A stretch of 64,000 nucleotides of DNA, taken from positions 31,310,001-31,374,000 of the forward strand of contig OZ024754.1 in assembly GCA_964016885.1 (NCBI GenBank), written 5' to 3'. This DNA is from Eledone cirrhosa. Taxonomy: Eukaryota. The notes below the pieces were generated by a model. The model was not told the DNA's origin. It did not search any database and saw only the letters and a program-made list of their open reading frames with translations. Below are positions 26,723 to 38,091 of this stretch, piece by piece (the first letter of the stretch is position 1; every line of letters begins with the position of its first letter). The position numbers and the translations under genes were made by a program.

Positions 26723-26863
26723 ATATGTACGTCTTTATGGCTTGAAATTTTCCCAAGAAGATCATATTTGCTTGGTTAAACTACTGTATGAGTTACTTAT
26801 TATTCCTCACAATGAATTTGCTCTCTCAAACAAATTCGCACTAGCAATCAACAAACTGCTCAA
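26723..26863 (+). CDS. PSME4: PSME4 exon 2 (YVRLYGLKFSQEDHICLVKLLYELLIIP...INKLLK)
   Basis: tttctcag|A...CAA|gtaagt; 141 nt. Confidence 0.94.
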
Positions 26864-27363
26864 GTAAGTAGCCAGAAATATTGGTATTGTTTATTGGTTT
26901 TTACTACATATTGTCGCTTGTATGGTTATCAGTAAAATCAGACACTGCTATCCCCTTGACCATTGCCGCCATTATGATTTGATAAGCTCTGGAGACCAGC
27001 AGGCTGATATTTTGTACATTTTAATTTCTTTCCTAATGCCAACTATATGGCTGATATTGAAGTGACAGCTGCAACTGTGAATGCACTTGACATCTTCAGA
27101 ATAGTTGTGTCTAGTTGCAAGTTTGTCTTCTATACATCTGCACACAATTTTGTAACAGTTTTCTCGTTGCACCATACAGAACTAGACATTGACAATTCCA
27201 ACAAGCTCTTTAACCCTTCAGCATTTACATTAATCTATATATACTATTGTATTTTCACGATGAAGGCTTTACCTCACATAATACCGAATCTATGAGAACA
27301 ATATCATAACGGCCGGTTTAACCCTTTAGCATTTAAACCGGCCATATCACTTTGGTTGTGTCA

Positions 27364-27868
27364 CCAACCCGACCACTTTACAGTGTGGACTGGGTACTTC
27401 AGTCGTGTTACCAACCCGACCACTTTACAGTGTGGACTGGGTACTTCAGTCGTGTTACCAACCCGACCACTTTACAGTGTGGACTGGGTACTTCAGTCGT
27501 GTTACCAACCCGACCACTTTACAGTGTGGACTGGCTACTTCAGTCGTGTTACCAACCCAACCACTTTACAGTGTGGACTGGGTACTTCAGTCGTGTTACC
27601 AACCCGGCCACTTTACAGTGTGGACTGGCTACTTCAGTCGTGTTACCAACCCAACCACTTTACAGTGTGGACTGGGTACTTCAGTCGTGTTACCAACCCA
27701 ACCACTTTACAGTGTGGACTGGGTACTTCAGTCGTGTTACCAACCCGACCACTTTACAGTGTGGACTGGCTACTTCAGTCGTGTTACCAACCCAACCACT
27801 TTACAGTGTGGACTGGGTACTTCAGTCGTGTTACCAACCCAACCACTTTACAGTGTGGACTGGGTGCT
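27364..27868 (+). repeat. 47-bp minisatellite, about 10.7 copies, derived from a SINE B internal subrepeat
   Basis: Unit ccaacccgaccactttacagtgtggactgggtacttcagtcgtgtta. Confidence 0.93.
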
Positions 27869-27989
27869 TTGTCGCGACAGTATATCCCTTATATTCTAGT
27901 TACAATGGATTCTTCAATATGCTCAGTTCATTCTATTGATGAAGAATACCTCGGTGAGTGTCTCATAAAATTTCTGTCTTTTATTACAG

Positions 27990-28106
27990 AAAACGAAGTT
28001 TGTTATCTCCTGAAGATCTGACCCTGCCATGGAAACCTCTTTACGAATTTTGCTTGACTATATTTGACAGTCCTTATGAAAATTTAGGACTGCACTATTT
28101 CTCAGA
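27990..28106 (+). CDS. PSME4: PSME4 exon 3 (KRSLLSPEDLTLPWKPLYEF...GLHYFS)
   Basis: ttacag|...GA|gtaagt; 117 nt. Confidence 0.93.
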
Positions 28107-28696
28107 GTAAGTTAATAATTAAAGCTTTTCCAGTAATTTTGTTGACACAAATCTATACATTTAAAGATTATTTCTGTGAAAATCTATCTATATATAAATT
28201 TCTGTGATTCTGTCACAACACGTAAAGAGAGAGGAGTAATTTCACTACCTCATACTACTCCTCTCTCTTTACGTCTGCTGACTGCGTGAATGTATGTGTG
28301 TGTGTGTGTAAAAGGAAGGAAGGAGATAGTGAAAAAACTATGCTGTGTTTGTGTGAATGGGAATGTATGTGTGTTTGTGCAAATGTATGTCTGTGAGTGT
28401 ATTTTTGTAAGCGTGTCTGTGTGTTTGCCCAGTATATTTATATACTCATGAGCTGTTTTTAGAGACAAGACATATGTTTGATATGTCGATTTTGTATCTT
28501 TCATGACACCCTTTTCTTTGAATGTAATAATATACTCATACATATAAATGTATACATAAGCACATACACACATACATGTCAGTGTATGAAAAAAAATTCT
28601 AGTATACATAAAAAAAAATTAATTTTAATATTTGTTTCAATTTTTCTTTCCATTTATTTAACTTTTATTAATGTGTGTCTTATGTTATTCTTGCAG

Positions 28697-28741
28697 TAGT
28701 ATTTTGTCAACTATCAAAGATACAATTCAGAACTGTCGGCC
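28697..28741 (+). CDS. PSME4: PSME4 exon 4 (SILSTIKDTIQNCRP)
   Basis: ttgcag|...CC|gtgagt; 45 nt; CRP joins YFP of exon 5. Confidence 0.9.
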
Positions 28742-28803
28742 GTGAGTATTATTGCCATCTATATGTTTTTAAACTATTAACCCTTTAACATTCATACATT
28801 TAA

Positions 28804-29005
28804 CCCTTTAACATTCAAACCAGTCATATCCAGCCAGAATTCTCTCACCTCTTTCTATTCAAACTGGCCATAACTGGCCGCTCATACTGACATTAAGGTA
28901 TTGTTCTCAAAATAAATAATATCTCGTAGATTTGATATTATTTGAGGTAAAGCCTTTTCTGTGAAAATACAATAGTAGATATAGAGTAATGTAAATGTTA
29001 AAGGG
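28804..29005. mobile_element. piggyBac-type MITE copy
   Basis: TTAA|CCCTTTAACATT...AATGTTAAAGGG|TTAA. Confidence 0.85.
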
Positions 29006-29489
29006 TTAAGATAGTATCTATAGCATGTTTAGAATAATGTTATTAATAGTATCTGTAATATTGTTATTGATTGTATCTGTAAGAGAGAGAGAGAAAGCTA
29101 AGTAGTTATAACAACATATCAATGAGTGAATCATGGCCTTCTTTTTGCTATGGTTTACTATGTCTATCATTATCATTTAATGCCTGCTCTCCCTACTAGC
29201 AAGGGTGAGACATAGACCATTTCAGCACTGAAGTGAGGCTACTGACCTCCCAGACAAGCCAAGGGGTCTGTATCCCACTTACGTATAGTCATATTGAGTG
29301 CAGAGAAGTTATCTTTTGACACAAACTGAAAGGTCCTCCCAACACCTTGTTTGGTAACTAGAATATCAGAAAAGTGCTTCAAAATTCATATTCCAAACGG
29401 GTTCATTGTTATGCCATTAGATTTTTGTCTCCTGAAAATATTTTACTCAAGAAGTCCTAGGAGACTGTTATATAATATCTTTTTTTTTT

Positions 29490-30752
29490 ATGTCTGTGTT
29501 ATATTCTATATTAATATCTATCTGTATCACATGTCTGTGTTATATTCTATACTAATATCTATCTGTATCACATGTCTGTGTTATATTCTATATTAATATC
29601 TATCTGTATCACATGCCTGTGTTATATTCTATATTAATATCTATCTGTATCACATGCCTGTGTTATATTCTATATTATCTATCTATCTGTATCACATGTC
29701 TGTGTTATATGTTAATATCTATCTGTATCACATGTCTGTGTTATATTCTATATTAATATCTATCTGTATCACATGTCTGTGTTATATTCTATATTAATAT
29801 CTATCTGTATCACATTTCTGTGTTATATTCTATATTAATATCTATCTGTATCACGTGTCTGTGTTATATATTAATATCTATCTGTATCACATGCCTGTGT
29901 TATATTCTATATTAATATCTATCTGTATCATATGTCTGTGTTATATATTAATATCTATCTGTATCACATGTCTGTGTTATATATTAATATCTATCTGTAT
30001 CACATATTAATATCTATCTGTATCACGTGTCTGTGTTATATTCTATATTAATATCTATCTGTATCACATATTAATATCTATCTGTATCATATGTCTGTGT
30101 TATATATTAATATCTATCTGTATCATATATCTGTGTTATATATTAATATCTATCTGTATCACATATTAATATCTATCTGTATCACGTGTCTGTGTTATAT
30201 TCTATATTAATATCTATCTGTATCACATGTCTGTGTTATATTCTATATTAATATCTATCTGTATCACATGTCTATGTTATATTCTATATTAATATCTATC
30301 TGTATCACATGTCTGTGTTATATTCTATATTAATATCTATCTGTATCACATGTCTGTGTTATATGTTAATATCTATCTGTATCACATGTCTGTGTTATAT
30401 ATTAATATCTATCTGTATCACATGTCTGTGTTATATATTAATATCTATCTGTATCACATGTCTGTGTTATATTCTATATTAATATCTATCTGTATCACAT
30501 GTCTGTGTTATATGTTAATATCTATCTGTATCACATGTCTGTGTTATATGTTAATATCTATCTGTATCACATGTCTGTGTTATATTCTATATTAATATCT
30601 ATCTGTATCACATGCCTGTGTTATATTCTATATTAATTTCTATCTGTATCACATGTCAGTGTTATATGTTAATATCTATCTGTATCACGCGTCTGTGTTA
30701 TATTCTATATTAATATCTATCTGTATCACATGTATGCTATATTCTATATTAA
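29490..30752 (+). repeat. 41-bp minisatellite with 34-bp and shorter variants, abutting the exon 5 acceptor
   Basis: Unit atgtctgtgttatattctatattaatatctatctgtatcac. Confidence 0.93.
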
Positions 30753-30766
30753 TCTTATTTCAACAG

Positions 30767-30916
30767 ATATTTTCCACTGGAATCTACAGAAGAAATGATG
30801 CATCTATGGCGCCCACTTTTCTGTCCATTTGACAATATTATCTATAAACCCCTCAACTGTATGCAGCACTTCTTACCTACAATGATTTCACCAGAAAACC
30901 ATCATAGAGGATTTAA
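30767..30916 (+). CDS. PSME4: PSME4 exon 5 (YFPLESTEEMMHLWRPLFCPFD...HHRGFK)
   Basis: caacag|...AA|gtatgc; 150 nt. Confidence 0.94.
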
Positions 30917-31509
30917 GTATGCTTTCTCTCCCTGGCTTTTGTTTCTCTTGTCATTATCATTTTTATGACCAATTTTCCATGTTGGCATGGGTTTGACAGG
31001 TTTTCTCCACCAGGGAACCTGAATTCGATAGATTTCTGGATATTTTGTATAATATTCTAAGAAACAGTTTTTTGGTATTTTCGACCAAATCCAATATAGG
31101 TGCAGGTATGGCTGTGTGGCTAAGAAATTTGCTTTGCAATCAATTGGTTCAGGGATTTATCCCACTGTGCAACACCTTGGGTAAGCCTTGGGTTGACTTA
31201 GACCTTGAATAAAATGTGTCTGATTGAAACTGCAGAAGTCTATTGAACAGTAATAGTGGAGATACTCATAACCTTTACAGGTCCTAACAGCCTGGTGTGA
31301 TAAATGCAGTTGATATATATATATATATGCTGGGGATGTGATTGAGCTGATGAACTCATATTTTGTTAGAGTTCCAATTATATCATCGACAAATAATGAA
31401 CAAAACAAGTGAAGAATTAACAGTCCAAAAAATGCTTTTTTTATTTTCTACTTTGCTCATGTTCTTGTTAGTAAATATTTACTAAGTAGTATTTCTATGC
31501 ATATTTCAG

Positions 31510-31570
31510 GATTTGGTTTGATGAAATAATGTCATTATGGACAACTTTAAACTCCTCTGGATGTGAATAT
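31510..31570 (+). CDS. PSME4: PSME4 exon 6 (IWFDEIMSLWTTLNSSGCEY)
   Basis: tttcag|...TAT|gtaagt; 61 nt. Confidence 0.92.
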
Positions 31571-32071
31571 GTAAGTCCTATTCTTCCTTTCATAAATAAA
31601 CTTTTGCCTTTTATTGTATTATACTTCTGTGGTTCATATAAATACAGTGCACCCTCATTAATTTAAAATATACTAACAGGAGGAGGCTGCCCGTTTTAGC
31701 CATTTGTCTGAGTTAACAGTTAGTAGGAGTGTATAAATATATATATATTATTTATTATAAATATATATATAGAAATGACTTGTACAGGACTAGAACTGTT
31801 TCATTCATATGAAATCATCAGTAGTCCTGTATATATATATATAATAAAGATGTCTATACTCTACCAATGTATTGAGTACCTTTTTTAACTGTGGTTGCCT
31901 CTGACATAACTCTGGCATCTACATATTATATATAATATTATCGTATATTTATGTATATATATATATATGTGTGTATATGTATATATGTGTGTGTGTGTGT
32001 GTATATATGTGTGTGTTTATATATATGTGTGTGTTTATATACGAGTGTGTTCTTTTTCTTTTCTATTGCAG

Positions 32072-32146
32072 AGTTTAGTATCTCTAATATCTCGTCTAGC
32101 ATATGACAACATTGGTTACATTAACTGGACTCCTTACATTCCCCAT
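32072..32146 (+). CDS. PSME4: PSME4 exon 7 (SLVSLISRLAYDNIGYINWTPYIPH)
   Basis: ttgcag|...CAT|gtaagt; 75 nt. Confidence 0.94.
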
Positions 32147-32559
32147 GTAAGTATTTTCATTTATATTTCTTTGATAATTATTTCTATTAATGTTTGTTGT
32201 CTTTTACAAGCCTTAATGGAAAAATAAACAAACAAATAAATGACTTTAAAAAACCCACACACATTCTAATATGATCTAATTTAATTAATCCTTTCGTTAT
32301 CATATTTCTAATGAAATATACTGTCTACGATTTTCAGTTTTTAGAATAATCAAAATTGTGTTTAAAATATAAATTTAAAGAAAGATCTTCTGTAATATTG
32401 TTAATGGATGGTTTAAATTTATATATGAACCTGTTAGATCAAATGGTTTTTTTACCATAGATCCAGGGATGGCTTGCAGCAAGTTGATAACAAACAAATT
32501 AAGTTAATGTACCTTATTGAGTTGTTTAAAGCATACTTAAGAGAGTACCAAAATTGATA

Positions 32560-32737
32560 ACCCTTTTCTCACATTTAAACCGGCTGTATCTGGCGAGAAT
32601 TTTCTTACCTTTTTTTTGTAACCGGCCGCTGATTTTAAGGTATTTTTCTCAAAATAAATATCAAAATCTCATAGATTTGATATTATGTGAGATAATATAA
32701 TAATAAATATAGAGTAATGTAAATGCTAAAGGGTTAA
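32560..32737. mobile_element. piggyBac-type MITE copy, diverged
   Basis: Ends AAATGCTAAAGGG|TTAA. Confidence 0.7.
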
Positions 32738-33349
32738 TCAATCTTAAAATAGTTCCAATGAATCCTCGAAGTCTAATCATTGAATATATTCTTCCAGTGA
32801 CTTTACCTATATTATTGAGTTATTTTGATACTGTAGAATTTATGATATATTAACTTTACATTGTGTATCAATTGGGTTTGTTTATCTAAGATTTCAAGAT
32901 GGCAAATTGGCAGAGTTGTTAGAAAGTCAGATAGAATGCTTTGCAGTATTCATTTCGGCTCTCTACTCTCAGAGTTCAAGTCCTGCAACCATTCAAGGTT
33001 GATGAAAAAATGTGAAGTACTGGGGTCGATTCTTCCTCTATATTTCTTTCTCATTTCCTTTCTCCCACTTTCTTTCCTTCTCTGGATTTCAGACCTGGAG
33101 AGAATTGGGTACCACCAGGCTTTTTAAAATGCTGTAGGGGGTGCCAAATGTCAATACGGTGCCCCCATGACTCTCTCAGGATTTACAGGACCATACTATA
33201 TTATTAACTTACATTAACAATTGAGTTTGTTTATCTAGGATTTCACTTGTTGATTGACAACTAAATGTCCATTTAATAATTAAAATTCAACATGACATAA
33301 TTTGGTGACAGATTTGACTAAAATATACATCTTCTTTCTGTTTGTTTAG

Positions 33350-33466
33350 GTATTTACTCGTTTCCTAAAAGGTTTTAACCTGCCAGTCGGTAACTCTAAG
33401 AATGCTACCCAGGCTAATAAAACTGTTGACATCAATGCATATGTATTGTGGATTATTTCTATGATA
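33350..33466 (+). CDS. PSME4: PSME4 exon 8 (VFTRFLKGFNLPVG...VLWIISMI)
   Basis: gtttag|...ATA|gtaagt; 117 nt. Confidence 0.93.
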
Positions 33467-33934
33467 GTAAGTAAAACCATTTGTGGATCAAGTGTGTTCA
33501 ATAGTGTGCTCTATAGTATTCTGAAAACTTTAAATGCTTCTGTTTTTAGAGTTATATATTTCCAAATAGAAATGATATACCTTTTTTTTTTTTTTTTTAT
33601 CAAACTATATTGTTAGCTTTTTAATGTTTCATGCGTCTACTTTAGAATAGTTACACCATAACCCTGCATGTTGTAAGAGGAAGGGTATCCAGCCATAAGA
33701 TATTGTTTTAAAATGTCCCATCTAACTTATGACATCATGGTAAAGCAGATATAAAAACAATGATATTGATGATTCTGTAAGCAACTTAAATGACCATATC
33801 TACACACGTACAGAAACACGTGTGTGTGTGTGTGTAGATTTTTATTCAGAATCTTTATTTTTACCACAATTTCAATGGTTTTACCTGTTACACACTATTC
33901 TTAGCAGCTTGACAAAGAGATTGATAAAATAAGT

Positions 33935-34123
33935 ACTGAAAAGTTCATAGGCTGACTATGAAGGAGTGATGCTAGAGCTTTGGAATCTTGATTGCATTAA
34001 TTTCAACTCTTCTTATTAATAACTGCATTATTTCTTTCCAGGGACTATGTTGAAAATTAACCTTATTTTGTCATTCAATGAGAGTATCGTGGTCAGCCAA
34101 TGAACTTTTCAACTGACCCTCAT
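33935..34123. mobile_element. Mariner-type MITE family copy; related pieces at ~17290, ~25918, 34870-34930
   Basis: Inverted ends CTGAAAAGTTCATAGGCTGAC / GTCAGCCAATGAACTTTTCA. Confidence 0.6.
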
Positions 34124-35069
34124 ACCAGACTTAAAATAATTTAGCTGATAAGATCGACTAAATCCCGTTAATAACTGGAACCAGTAAATAAAATAAGAGT
34201 AGAATTACTGTCCCAGTGAAACTAGTAGAAATCACTACTAGTGATTCCTCTATAACTAATGATGGTCTTTATTGAGAACATGAAACTGGTTATTTGAGGA
34301 ATGGTTCAGTGATTTTGACACATGATGAAATCATTGACTGTAAAGGTCTAATTAGTTAACTACACTTTGTTGATAATAATTAACTAAAACAGTAGTGAAG
34401 TTAATTATATGTCTACTATTCACTACACTCTGCTCAGTATACAGTATGTCCTAAACTGTGAAGCTACTAAACATAATAATTAAATTATTGTGTACAGTGC
34501 TCAGGTGCACTACAACTCATCAAAGATGCATGTATAGTACATAGAATAATGTACAAATGTCAGGAAAGTGAACATATAAAACATCTGATATATATTATGC
34601 TATTGGTTTAGTTGAAACAGGCTGCAATGGAGTAATGTCATGACCAACACTGGTCATTATTTTAAAGAAATAATTATTTTAACATACAACGTTAATGATG
34701 TCATCATCAACGTCAGCATTTCTTTTTCCATGCTTAGACAAGTTCTCTCCAGTACAAGATCTCTCCACTTGTCTTTTCTTTGTCGTTTTATTTGTGAAAT
34801 GTAGTTTAGTCAGGGCCTCAGAGAGAGGAAGAAAAGAATCCCCAAACTGGAGACCTGCATGCAAGATTTCACAGCTCTAGCATCACTCCTTCATAGTTAG
34901 CCTATGAACTTTTCAGTCAACCCTTGTATACAGCAAAAGTTGAACTTTTCCATGGAGCCTATTTATATTCTTCAAAATCAAGTGTTTTACTCAGAACACA
35001 GCAATAATCTTTTATTGTTTTTTTCTATGTTAGTAATTATCATTGCTTCCTTTTCTTTCTTTCCCAAAG

Positions 35070-35162
35070 GATACAAACAACAGCTCAGTGCAAGAACACA
35101 TTGATAAATTGTTTGAAACATTGAAAACTTTCTATCATCCGTCCAATACAGGTCGCTGGAAT
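35070..35162 (+). CDS. PSME4: PSME4 exon 9 (DTNNSSVQEHIDKLFETLKTFYHPSNTGRWN)
   Basis: Polypyrimidine tract plus AAG acceptor; donor |gtaagt; 93 nt. Confidence 0.91.
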
Positions 35163-35965
35163 GTAAGTCAACAATTCCTTACTAATATTTCAACAGTGAA
35201 ACACTTGTAAAACAACTCTCCTATTTATTTATGTACCATTTATACTCAAATATAAACCAAGGAATATGTGACCAGAAAATTATGGTAAAATGGGGGTTGG
35301 CTTTTATACGCCATCTAAACAATGTGTTGATTAGCTGCCTTGGTTTATAAATGGGGTTTGGATTCTTACCTATTTCTCAGACATAGAATAGGGGTTGGGG
35401 TTGACTTATATTTGAATCAGCTTATTTTGAAGTATATACTGATTTGTCATTTCGGTTGGTTGTTGTTCATCCATCCTGATTGAACAGACCAATAATCAAA
35501 GATATTGCAACCATTATCATCCTGTTTTGTTTTGCTTTTCCTGGTAAAGAGTGATTTTGGAAATATTTGGCTCTGTAAAGTGGTTGATATTAAGACGGGC
35601 ATCCAGCCGTAAAAACTTATGCCTAATATGAAATGTATAGGCAAGACATGGTTCCTCCAACCAGTCTAGTCTTAGACCCTGATAGCTCATCCAACTCATG
35701 CCACCATGGAAAGCAGATGAAAGATAACAAGCTCTCATCCATTCTTCAACTGATGGCTATCAGAGATGATATCAAACAAAACAGTGGAGATGTAAATATT
35801 TTTTTTAAATACTTCATCTCTAAATTTCAGATCAGGTGACTGAAAAAATTATAATTGTAATTCATTTCAGATACTTATTGTTCGTACTTAAGTGGAAATT
35901 ACAATTTCAAATGAGATCTTCACAACTTCTAATAATGTCTTATTTCTATCTTATTTTTTTTTTAG

Positions 35966-36024
35966 TTGAAGCTATCAAATCTTTTAGTAACATTTCCCAA
36001 GTTATTCATTAAACGGCTACACAG
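35966..36024 (+). CDS. PSME4: PSME4 exon 10 (LKLSNLLVTFPKLFIKRLHR)
   Basis: ttttag|...CAG|gtaatt; 59 nt. Confidence 0.91.
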
Positions 36025-36747
36025 GTAATTGTTGCTTTTATTGATACTATATTGATTATAATTCTTATATGAAAGTATTTTTAAAAGTTTAAATGATAAG
36101 CATGAAAAGAGAAAAAAGGGCAGGGAGAAAGAAAAGTTAAATTTTTTAAAAAAGGGAGGGAGCAAACTACATTGCACCCTGCAGACAAGATGATGAAAGC
36201 ATGGCTGCTGAGAACAGCCTGTAATACTCACTGCATCAACCATTCAACAACATGGGACTCCTTCATCAGGTAAGATGTACTTCTGATTTTAAGGAGGAAA
36301 ACTGCAGTCCAGAGACCAAGGACACTGGAGGTTTTGATGGCAACCAGCACAAAGAGTGATCGGCCAAAACATTAGTTATTTGGTTATCTTCCACTCATCT
36401 GAGTTAGGGGTGGTGGTGCCCAGATTTTGGGCCAAAGCAATAAGGTTGAAACTGGTGAACATGTCACAACATATAGCATCCCAGATTAGTGATTTACTCC
36501 ATCTCGAATGAGAAAATGGTCATCCTATGTGGGTGCCTACTATCACTGTGGTTGAGGCTAACAGGCTCCAGTAGTGACAGGAAACCAGTCAAGTTAAGGC
36601 AATACACTAAGGGAACTGACCACTGAGGCAGCAAGAGAGATGTCATTGTTGGATGTTGAGGTTTTTTTTTTTTTTTTTTTTTAGGTTTCTATTTTTTCTA
36701 ATCTTTCCAATAAATGATGGTATTGTTGATAATATTTGTTATTTCAG

Positions 36748-36954
36748 AGAAAGAGTAGCACCAAAAAGCTGGAAAACACCAATTCCTAAATCCCATAAAC
36801 TAACTGAAGATGACATCACTAAATTTGTAACAAGCCTCAAATCAGTTGTATTTATGGCCATGTTTGGCAAGTATGGCATCTATGATGCATCAGCTGCATT
36901 AAAACACCTTGCATGCTTGCGGCCAGAGATCATTTTACCAGCGTTTCTTGAAAG
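36748..36954 (+). CDS. PSME4: PSME4 exon 11 (ERVAPKSWKTPIPKSHKLT...RPEIILPAFLER)
   Basis: tttcag|...AAG|gtaact; 207 nt. Confidence 0.95.
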
Positions 36955-36980
36955 GTAACTTTTCTACAATTATATATATA

Positions 36981-37770
36981 TATCACCATCATCATTTAAT
37001 GTCTATTCTCCTTACTAGCAAGAGTTGGATAGGTTTGGAGCCTCTCAGATGAGCCACAACCTTGTTTCCTATACATACATTCAACAGGGGTAATAGCTCG
37101 CTAAACTTCTTCCATCCCATTCTCATTCTAGCTACTATGTTTCTGGAGCACCCACCTCCACTGCCAATTTGGTCACCTACATAGCAGAAGCTATCAATCA
37201 CTTCTATGGATCCTACCAGGGATTGAAAAAGGTGTATATCACTAACACTCTTACTATCAATTTTCCCTGAACATCTATTACATACAATGTCTACCTTTCC
37301 TGTTAGTCTGCTTATTATCCCACTACACCTCTTGTGTACATAATATAGAGTTTCTACCTACTCCTTTTCTGCATATCAAGTAAGGCCATTTCCCTGATTG
37401 TATCTGACTCTAATCTTCTTTTCTACTTACTAACATTTTAGGTTTTGCTAAATTTACTTTCAACTTTTTGATTCTAAGTTTCCATAGTCAGAATTTATTT
37501 TCTAGTTCTTCTGCAGATTTGGCTATAAAAACCACATCATCAACATACAGAAGCTCCTCTGGACAACCAGTCTTAAACTCTTCTGTTAAGGCCTGTAGAA
37601 CTATAATAAACAGAAGTGTGCTGAGAACTGAGCCCTGTTGCATTCTTACCTGTACTTTGAATTCCTCACTAAACTCATTTCCTACTCTCACTTTACTAAT
37701 ATCTCCTCTGTAAATGGCTTGCTCTGCTCTCACAAGCCATTGTTCTACACTTAGTTTCCTGAAGGACCAC
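36981..37770 (-). mobile_element. Decayed RTE LINE reverse transcriptase fragment with (GAT)n tail
   Basis: QQGSVLSTLLF, LLYVDDVV, RMGWKKFSELLPLL. Confidence 0.85.
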
Positions 37771-37857
37771 AGTAAAAAAAATAGTGGAAAGGTTCAATAT
37801 TACATGTGGCATGTGGATAAAGGATGATGACTTTTTTTTTGTTGTTCTTTTCTTCAG

Positions 37858-38044
37858 AATGTATCCTGCTATGGAGACATTAACAGAACCCCACCGGCTG
37901 ATTGCTTGTATGACATGTGTTGTTGGTGTGTGCCGCCCTATGCTGCAATCCAATAAATGGTATCCTGAAGGTCGACTCCATGTTTTACCATTACTCAACT
38001 TGTCTCTACCTGGCATTGATCCAAATGATGTCAAGAAATCTCTG
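37858..38044 (+). CDS. PSME4: PSME4 exon 12 (MYPAMETLTEPHRL...LPGIDPNDVKKSL)
   Basis: cttcag|...CTG|gtattt; 187 nt. Confidence 0.95.
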
Positions 38045-38091
38045 GTATTTATAAACTAATTTTCTCTTTCTTCTTTTTACACCAATTTCTT

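Noticed and set aside
27900-27953. Extra cassette exon (tag|...CTCG|gtgagt) before exon 3
   Set aside because: The downstream intron would be only 36 nt, the PSME4 frame contains a stop, and exons 2-3 already join colinearly with homologues.
27352-28021. Three overlapping repetitive ORFs
   Set aside because: Stop-free 47-bp minisatellite read in all three frames.
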